Source: Armatimonadota bacterium
GTDB lineage: Bacteria > Armatimonadota > Armatimonadia > Armatimonadales > Armatimonadaceae
NCBI GenBank assembly: GCA_043754515.1
Contig: JAYUUO010000199.1
Span: 1 to 10,225, forward strand
Length of the DNA stretch: 10,225 nucleotides
Direction: 5' to 3'
Position 1 is the first letter of the stretch. The number at the start of each line of letters is the position of its first letter. The notes beneath the pieces were generated by a model. It worked only from the letters and a program-made list of their open reading frames with translations, was not told where the DNA came from and ran no database searches. Positions 1 to 5,711 of the stretch are shown in pieces. Both the position numbers and the translations under genes were made by a program.

Positions 1-70
1 GGTCATGCGGATTCACCCGCATGACCTAACCGGCTTATGCCTTACTCGGGGCGGATTCACCCGGATAACC
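1..70. repeat. REP-like palindromic repeat cluster (full copy 1-26, degenerate copy 51-70), downstream of the dapL-like gene
   Basis: GGTCATGCGG-attcac-CCGCATGACC has 10-bp perfect arms and is identical over 26 bp to 7061-7086. Positions 51-70 (gcggattcacccggataacc) match 7-26 at 18/20. The cluster may continue past the window edge. Confidence 0.8.
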
Positions 71-87
71 ATCCCCGCTCTACTTGC

Positions 88-1266
88 CTACCACTTGATC
101 GGGACATGCTGGCGGATGCGCTCGACCGCCTCCGCGATCCGCTCGCCGTGCCTGTCACCGGTCAGCGTGAGAGACATACGGACATAACCGTCGCCGTGCT
201 CGCCGTAGCCGAGTCCGGGGATGGCGAGCACGCCCGCGTCTTCGAGGAGCACTTTGGCGAACGTCATGCTGGTGTAGCCCGGCGGGCACGGCACCCATAT
301 GTAGAACGCGGCTTCGGGCTTCGGCAGGTGCCAGCCGAGCGAGTTCAGTCCGTCAACCAGGATGTCGCGCCGGATCTTGTAAAGGGCGAGCGTGGCGTCG
401 TTCGTGACGTTCAGGAGTGCCCAGCCCGCCGCGCGGTCAATCGCTGTGAACTGTTTCGAGTCAACGTTCGACTTGAGCCGGTTGAGCGCGGCAATGGCGT
501 CTTTGTTTCCCGCCGCGAACCCGATGCGCCACCCGGTCATATTCAGCGTCTTGGAAAGAGAATGCGTCTCGATCGCGACATCCATCGCGCCCGGTGTTTG
601 CAGAATCGAGGGCGCGTGGTAGCCATCGTAGCCGACCTCGGAATAGGCGCAGTCGTGACAGATCAGGATGTCGTATTCGCGGGCGAACGCGACGGCTTCG
701 GCGAAGAACGCGGGGGTCGCGGTCGCGCCGGTCGGGTTGTGCGGGTAGTTCAAGAACAGGAGTTTCGCACTACGGGCCACATCGGACGGGATGGCGGTCA
801 GGTCGGGCAGGAACTGGTTCTTCGCGAGGAGCGGCATCGGGTAGGGCGTGCCGCCCGCGAGCAGGGTGTTGACTTTCGGAACGGTGTAGTTGGGGTCGGG
901 GACCAGGGTCACATCGCCGGGATCAACGAACGCCCAGCAGAGGTGTGCGAGGCCTTCCTTGGAGCCGATAAGGAGCAGAAGCTCGTTCACGGGATCGAGC
1001 GTGACACCGAACCGTTTGTGGAACCACTTCGCGGCGGCTTCCAGAAAGGACGGATCGCCCGCGTTCGACTCGTCGTAGCGGTGCGTTTCGGGGTCTTTGG
1101 CGAACTCGTAGAGTTTGTCCACGATTACGGCGGGGGTCGGCTGGTCGGGGTCACCGATGCCGAGGTCAATCAGGTCGCGCCCGGCGGCGAGGGCGTCTTT
1201 TTTAAGCCGGGCGATTTCGCCGAACAGGTAGGGGGGGATCAGGTCGAGTCGTTTTGCGCGTTGCAC
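88..1266 (-). CDS. dapL: PLP-dependent class I/II aminotransferase, LL-diaminopimelate aminotransferase-like (392 aa)
   Basis: Motifs PPYLFGEI, DLGIGDPD, LIGSKEGL, NYPHNPTG, DCAYSE and the PLP-lysine motif SLSKTLNMTGWRIG. Start reassigned from 1329 to GTG 1264-1266 (VQRAKRL...), which has a GGAG Shine-Dalgarno 10 nt upstream. Stop TAG 88-90. Substrate specificity is inferred from family resemblance. Confidence 0.85.
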   Translation of the reverse strand: MQRAKRLDLIPPYLFGEIARLKKDALAAGRDLIDLGIGDPDQPTPAVIVDKLYEFAKDPETHRYDESNAGDPSFLEAAAKWFHKRFGVTLDPVNELLLLIGSKEGLAHLCWAFVDPGDVTLVPDPNYTVPKVNTLLAGGTPYPMPLLAKNQFLPDLTAIPSDVARSAKLLFLNYPHNPTGATATPAFFAEAVAFAREYDILICHDCAYSEVGYDGYHAPSILQTPGAMDVAIETHSLSKTLNMTGWRIGFAAGNKDAIAALNRLKSNVDSKQFTAIDRAAGWALLNVTNDATLALYKIRRDILVDGLNSLGWHLPKPEAAFYIWVPCPPGYTSMTFAKVLLEDAGVLAIPGLGYGEHGDGYVRMSLTLTGDRHGERIAEAVERIRQHVPIKW

Positions 1267-1341
1267 GGGGCGGGTTCTCCAGGCGGGTGATGTTGTAGGT
1301 GGGCGGCGGCGCGTTGAGGGACCGAGCACCGCCTCCCGTGT

Positions 1342-1370
1342 AGCATAGCCGAAAACGGGGCGGTGTTCAA
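1342..1370 (-). promoter_or_regulatory. Putative sigma70-type promoter of the dapL-like gene
   Basis: Minus strand TTGAAC (1365-1370), 17-nt spacer, TATGCT (1342-1347). It lies just after the tRNA terminator and ~75 nt before the GTG start. Confidence 0.6.
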
Positions 1371-1380
1371 GGCGAGACAG

Positions 1381-1419
1381 AAATAAAAATCACCGGGAAG
1401 CGAAACGCTTCCCGGTGAT
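1381..1419 (-). terminator. Rho-independent terminator of the tRNA gene
   Basis: Perfect 14-bp stem atcaccgggaagcg (1389-1402) / cgcttcccggtgat (1406-1419) with a 3-nt loop, followed on the minus strand by TTTTATTT (1388-1381). It begins 8 nt after the tRNA discriminator. Confidence 0.9.
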
Positions 1420-1427
1420 GATCGTAG

Positions 1428-1500
1428 TGCATCCGGAGAGACTCGAACCCCCGACCTTTTGGACCGCAACCAAATGCTCTATCCACTGAGCTACGGATGC
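1428..1500 (-). tRNA. tRNA-Arg, anticodon GCG; CCA not encoded
   Basis: Minus strand GCATCCG TA GCTC AGTGGATA GAGC A TTTGG TTGCGGT CCAAA AGGTC GGGGG TTCGAGT CTCTC CGGATGC A. It has a perfect 7-bp acceptor stem, a D arm with G18G19A20 (the Arg identity element), a 5-bp anticodon stem, anticodon GCG at 1467-1465 and a TTCGA T-loop. The discriminator A is followed by CTA. Confidence 0.95.
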
Positions 1501-1555
1501 AAGAACTACCCGCGCCGCGCCGTGTCCTGAGACGCGGCCATTTTTCGGCATGTGT

Positions 1556-1584
1556 CTTATACCACGGCGCGGGGCGGCTGTCAA
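1556..1584 (-). promoter_or_regulatory. Near-consensus sigma70-type promoter of the tRNA gene
   Basis: Minus strand TTGACA (1579-1584), 17-nt spacer ending TGg (extended -10), TATAAG (1556-1561). It is 55 nt upstream of the mature tRNA 5' end. Confidence 0.8.
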
Positions 1585-1601
1585 TATCGGGTTCTTCGCG
1601 G

Positions 1602-1634
1602 CTTTGCGCTCGCGGTGTGATCGCGAGCGCGAAG
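1602..1634. repeat. GC-rich inverted repeat downstream of lpdA (possible terminator or mRNA-stabilising hairpin)
   Basis: ctttgcgctcgcggt-gtg-atcgcgagcgcgaag forms a 15-bp stem with two G-U pairs when read on the + strand. It has no U-tract on the minus strand. Confidence 0.45.
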
Positions 1635-1662
1635 ACAGACCCACACGCGGTGCGCATCCTGC

Positions 1663-3156
1663 CTACCCCTTGTCAATCGCCATGCCGCGCACGTCCTCGT
1701 TCGCCTGGCCCATCGCCTCCGACAGCGACGGGTGCGCGTGAATCGTGCGCATCAACTCCTCGACCGTGTTTTCGAGCTGGATCGAGACCACCGCCTCGTG
1801 AATGATGTCCGTCGCGTGCGGCCCGATCACGTGAACGCCCAGGATCTCGCCGTACTTGTTCTCCGCGACCACCTTTACGAAACCGTCCCGCTCATTGATC
1901 GCCATCGCTTTGCCGAGGTTGCGGAACGGGAACGTGCCGACCTTGACGTCCAGCCCCTTCGCCCGCGCTTCGGCTTCGGTCAGGCCGACCGACGCGACCT
2001 CGGGTTCGGTATAAATACACGCCGGGTTTGCCTTGTACGACATAACCGAATGGTGCCCGCAGATGTTCTCCGCCGCGACCAACCCTTCCGCGGTCGCGGT
2101 GTGCGCGAGGCCGGAACCGACCACGTCTCCGATCGCGTAGATGTTCGCGACCGACGTCTGCATCCGGTCGTTGACCGCGATAGCCCGCTTGTTCCTCGGG
2201 GTGCCGATGGTGACGCCGACGCCGTCCAGGTTCAGACCGTTCGTGAACGGCACGCGTCCGGTCGCGACCAGCACGATGTCGGCGGGGATCGTCTCCGACT
2301 TTCCGTCGCGCTCGAAGGTCACCGCCTTCTTGCCGTTCTCGCCGTCCGCGACGCCGGTCACTTTGGCGTTGGTCCGCACCGTCACGCCCTGCTTTTTGAG
2401 TACCTTCTCCAGTTCCGACGCCAGATCGGAGTCCATCGTCGCGATCAGGCTCGGCAGGAACTCCAGAATCGTCACCTTCGCGCCCAGGCCGTTGTAGGTG
2501 TACGCGAACTCGCACCCGATTACGCCGCCGCCGATGATGACCAACTCCTGCGGGATCTGCTTCGCGGACACCGCCTCGTTCGACGTCCATACCTTGCCGT
2601 TCGCGAGCGTGCCTTGCGCGAACTTCGCCTTCACGTCCCAGTTCGGCGAGTAAATATCGGCGTCGTCAATGCCGGGGATCGGCAGTTTCGCCGGGACGGA
2701 GCCAGTCGCGACCACGATGTAGTTCGTGGAAAGGATCTGCGTCGAGCCGTCCGCCTTGATCACCTCGACCGAGTTGACGTCCTTGATAGTCCCGATCCCT
2801 TCGATGGCGGTAACCCCGTGCTTCTTGAAGAGGAAGCCGACGCCGCCGACCAGCGTCTTTACGACCTTATCCTTGCGAGCCATCAACGCGGGGAAGTCAA
2901 TGCCGACGTTATCCGCCGTGAGCCCGAAATCTTTCGCGTGCTTAATGGTATGCAGGGCGGCGACCGATCCGATCATTGTTTTGGTCGGGATACAGCCCCA
3001 GTTCAAACAGGTGCCGCCCAGGTTGTCGTTCTCTATACACGCCACTTTTTTCCCGAGTTGCGCCGCGCGAATCGCGCACGGGTACCCGCCGGGTCCGCCG
3101 CCGATCACGATCAGGTCAAAATCTTTCCCGTTTTCCGCCGTTGTTGCCGCCGCCAT
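1663..3156 (-). CDS. lpdA: Dihydrolipoamide dehydrogenase (E3), 497 aa
   Basis: FAD-binding DLIVIGGGPGGY, redox-active disulfide GGTCLNWGCIPTK, NAD-binding IIGGGVIGCE, ATGRVP, IYAIGD, and C-terminal catalytic His-Glu motif HAHPSLSE. AAGGA lies upstream of the ATG. Stop TAG 1663-1665. Confidence 0.96.
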   Translation of the reverse strand: MAAATTAENGKDFDLIVIGGGPGGYPCAIRAAQLGKKVACIENDNLGGTCLNWGCIPTKTMIGSVAALHTIKHAKDFGLTADNVGIDFPALMARKDKVVKTLVGGVGFLFKKHGVTAIEGIGTIKDVNSVEVIKADGSTQILSTNYIVVATGSVPAKLPIPGIDDADIYSPNWDVKAKFAQGTLANGKVWTSNEAVSAKQIPQELVIIGGGVIGCEFAYTYNGLGAKVTILEFLPSLIATMDSDLASELEKVLKKQGVTVRTNAKVTGVADGENGKKAVTFERDGKSETIPADIVLVATGRVPFTNGLNLDGVGVTIGTPRNKRAIAVNDRMQTSVANIYAIGDVVGSGLAHTATAEGLVAAENICGHHSVMSYKANPACIYTEPEVASVGLTEAEARAKGLDVKVGTFPFRNLGKAMAINERDGFVKVVAENKYGEILGVHVIGPHATDIIHEAVVSIQLENTVEELMRTIHAHPSLSEAMGQANEDVRGMAIDKG

Positions 3157-3224
3157 AATATTGTTTTCGTTTCCTTGTTATTGCTTTCGGTCGGGTAGAT
3201 AAAAACGACCGGCTTACGCCCTTT

Positions 3225-3233
3225 AGTATAGCA
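3225..3233 (-). promoter_or_regulatory. Putative extended -10 promoter of lpdA
   Basis: Minus strand TGcTATACT (TGn plus TATACT), ~68 nt upstream of the lpdA ATG. No convincing -35 box. Confidence 0.55.
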
Positions 3234-3269
3234 TATGGGGGAGGTGGTGTTGCGCCCGCGTTGGGGGCG

Positions 3270-3496
3270 TGTCCTTCGGGTGGCCCCTTGCGGTTGTCCT
3301 TTACCCCTCTCCGCAATCTACCGCAAGCGCCCCATGTGCAAGCGTTTTTCGCGGCGAAGATACGGACATGGAGAAAGGGGGAACACATTCGCGGGTTGTC
3401 GGGCGGACAATGAATTGTCCGCCCCCCCGAAACGTTCGCGCTCCCCACGCCCGAATTGCCCCCGTCCCACAACCGCGCGGAACCACCCGAAGGACA
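3270..3496. mobile_element. 227-bp non-coding element with 28-bp imperfect terminal inverted repeats (MITE/REPIN-like or structured RNA)
   Basis: Left end 3270-3297 tgtccttcgggtgg-cccctt-gcggttgt versus the reverse complement of 3469-3496 tgtccttcgggtgg-ttccgc-gcggttgt: 24/28 identical, outer 14 bp perfect, ends TGT...ACA. No target-site duplication and no transposase seen. Confidence 0.4.
3401..3424. repeat. Perfect palindromic hairpin inside the 227-bp element
   Basis: GGGCGGACAA-TGAA-TTGTCCGCCC: 10-bp perfect arms and a 4-nt loop. Confidence 0.7.
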
Positions 3497-3734
3497 AAGG
3501 CTCCCGCGACATGCGAAAAAAGCGAAGCCGCCCGTTCTGAAAAACGAGCGGCTCGCGCAAAGAGGTGTCGCCGGACAGGCGGCTCGCGCACCATACGTAT
3601 CGTGACCGTTTGAAAAACGGTGCCTAACCTGTGGAAGGTAGGGGGCACGTAAGGTGCCGAACACAGTTCCGGCGACACACCTGTTTTACCATCCTCGTAC
3701 TGGTCTATCAAGCAGTTTTTGCTACTTATATTTC

Positions 3735-4245
3735 CTACTTTGCGCGGAACAGTGATACGTAGACCGGATCGTCCCCACGCTTGACCACCTGCCCCGCGAA
3801 CCCCGAGGCCGTGACAGTCTCCAGCACCGTCGCGGTTCTGGCGTGTTGTCCCGCCGCTTCACGCGTCGCGCCGGACAGACCCGCCGCCGACGCGCTGATC
3901 ACCGTCGCCAGCGTGTCGTCGCGCGCCGCGCGGGACCTCGCGCAGGGCGTCCCGGAGCGCGGCAAGATCGTCCACGCCTGGGAACGGCTCGCTCGCGCCG
4001 TACGGCGTGGTTTGCCTGTCACGCTCGATGCCGTACGCCGCGATGCCGTACGCGAACGACACCAGCGGCATCCAGATGTCGCGGAAATACGCGGCGTTCG
4101 GCGCGATCTCCACCCCCGCGAGCCGCTCCCCGACGAAGAACAGCGCGCCCGTCTGCCCGTCCAGGCACTCGAAGCGGGAACGAAACTGGGTCAGCGTCGC
4201 ACGCTGCCGCATCAACAGTTGCTCCAGATGCCCGCGCCCCGGCAG
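3735..4245 (-). pseudogene. C-terminal part of an ARPP-1/DUF6569-like protein, fused in frame to the vWA gene and frameshifted near 3942
   Basis: LPGRGHLEQLLMRQRATLTQFRSRFECLDGQTGALFFVGERLAGVEIAPNAAYFRDIWMPLVSFAYG resembles, from memory, the 'Q-x-G-A-hhh-G-x-hhG-h-E...Y' core of ARPP/DUF6569 proteins. Removing one base at ~3942 (ctg c gcg agg) joins this frame to the 3735..4022 frame, which ends ...FAGQVVKRGDDPVYVSLFRAK* and reads like a natural C-terminus. Confidence 0.55.
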
Positions 4246-5586
4246 TTCGTCTTCATGCCAGAACACGAGTTCCGGTAGCTTCGGCGCGGGTCGGCGCGTG
4301 CTTCGGTCGTCCCGCTCCGTGAACACCGGGAGGCACATCAACACCGGCGTCGCGACCCCGGCGAGCAGTAGCGTCGCCGCCGCCCGCGCCAGATCCCCCG
4401 CCGCCTGGTTTTCGTAGCCGTCCGTCAGCACGACGACCAGATCCGGCCTCGTTTCCAGCGCGGCGAGTAGCGCGCTCGCGAGATCCGTCGCGCCGCCGAG
4501 GGTGGGCAGGGAGCCGAGTAGTTCGCCGCCCTCCCCTTCGATGTCGAACACAGCGACTGGCTCCGGGGACACGCGGCAGAGTAGCCGCCAGAGCGTGACC
4601 GCCGAGGCCGCGAGGCAGTATTCGCGGTCGCCGTAGCCGCGCATGGACGCCGACGTGTCGAACACCAGCGCGACGCGGAAGCCGGGCGCGAAGCGCGGCG
4701 AGCGGTTCGCCAGCGCGCTCAGCCCGGGGGCGAACCGACCGGTTAGATTCGCGGTCGGCGTCTGCCGGTACAGCGCGGTCAGCGTCCCAGTCACGATGCC
4801 GCGATCCTCCGCGGTGATCGTGGCCGGACGCTCGATGGGCGGCGCGAACACCGCCCGCAGATCGTCGCTGACGGCGCGGTACTCCGTCGCCCCGGCGCGG
4901 TACTCCGTCGCCCCGGCGCGGTACTCCGTCGTCACCCCCTCTGATCCGTGTGTTGACCCGGCGACAAGACGCTTCGCCGCGACCGGATTGTGCGCGTAGC
5001 GGAGTAGCCTCGCGTGTAGGTACGCCACGTCGGTCACGTCGGGATCGTCCGACCCGGCGATGCGCTGGCACGCCCGGAACACGTCGCGCTCCAGCACGTC
5101 CGAAACGGCGGGGCGGCGGCAGGCCCGGAGTGCCGCCGCCGCCGGGTGATTGAGCAGGAAGCGACACGCAAGCCACCCGACCCGCTTGCGGTTGACCCGT
5201 TCGCGGCGCACGGCGAGAAACACCTGGAGCGCGGTATCGGTGGGCAGGAGGCAGAGCACGGCACCGGTCGCGCCCTCAGTTTCGGCGGAGGCTGCCGCGC
5301 CGGTCGCGGAAACGGTGGCGTCCTTGAGCAGGGTCAGGAAGACGATCCGCGCCCGCGCTGATTCAGAAATGTCGGGCAGAACACCGAGCAGCGCGTAGCG
5401 CGACGGATCCGCCTTGAAAAAGGCTTCGTGTCGCGCCTAATCCCCGAAACGGGGGGGGGCACCGTCCGCCGCGACGAAGAACGGCATGGTCGCCTCGCGC
5501 AGGTACAGAGTAAACTCGCGGGGCACGTCCGGCGCGAGGGACATGAGAGTCTGGGCGAGCGATGCCGCCGGAAGCGTGGTCTCCAT
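4246..5586 (-). pseudogene. Helical N-terminal region plus von Willebrand factor A (MIDAS) domain protein, interrupted by an in-frame TAG
   Basis: ATG 5584-5586 is in frame with ORF 3859..5259: METTLPAASL...GAPPRFGD*(TAG 5437-5439, codon 50)ARHEAFFKADPSRYALLGVLPDISESARARIVFLTLLK...VLCLLPTD. The MIDAS is complete: VALVFDTSAS (DxSxS at 4645-4659), GATDL, VVVLTDG. Confidence 0.7.
4872..4931. repeat. In-frame 21-bp tandem repeat (two full copies plus 18 bp) encoding TEYRAGA
   Basis: cggcgcggtactccgtcgccc at 4872-4892 and 4893-4913 (exact), plus an exact 18-nt partial copy at 4914-4931. The protein reads TEYRAGA-TEYRAGA-TEYRAV. Confidence 0.95.
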
Positions 5587-5711
5587 TTCAAGGGTTTCTT
5601 TCGCCTACCGTATCGCTCCGACGGGGGGTTTTGGTAAAGTGGGGTGCCGGGAGCGAGGCCTGATTTACCGGCGGGCGCGGGCGTCAGGGCGCGGGCGCGC
5701 CACCGCGCGCC

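Noticed and set aside
37..1290. 417-aa plus-strand ORF
   Set aside because: Antisense shadow of the dapL-like gene. It has no motifs, and long antisense ORFs are expected from high-GC codon bias.
1267..1329. N-terminal extension of the aminotransferase in the ORF track
   Set aside because: Family similarity begins at VQRAKRL, and the GTG at 1266 has a GGAG Shine-Dalgarno. The extension is 5' UTR.
1381..1500. tRNA as an integration site (att) for an island
   Set aside because: The tRNA 3' end is followed directly by its terminator and a housekeeping gene. I saw no duplicated tRNA 3' fragment and no integrase in the window.
1732..3198. 488-aa plus-strand ORF and other overlapping ORFs within lpdA
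   Set aside because: Antisense or alternate-frame shadows of lpdA, Arg/Asp/His-rich with no recognisable domain.
3116..3711. Several 80-182-aa ORFs in the lpdA upstream region
   Set aside because: They are Arg/Pro/Cys-rich, overlap on both strands, and lack an RBS or motifs. The region is better explained by inverted repeats.
5451..5459. Phase-variable ON/OFF switch at the G9/C9 tract
   Set aside because: The frame is already continuous across the tract. A one-base slip would bypass the TAG only by putting the downstream vWA region out of frame, so it cannot restore the protein.
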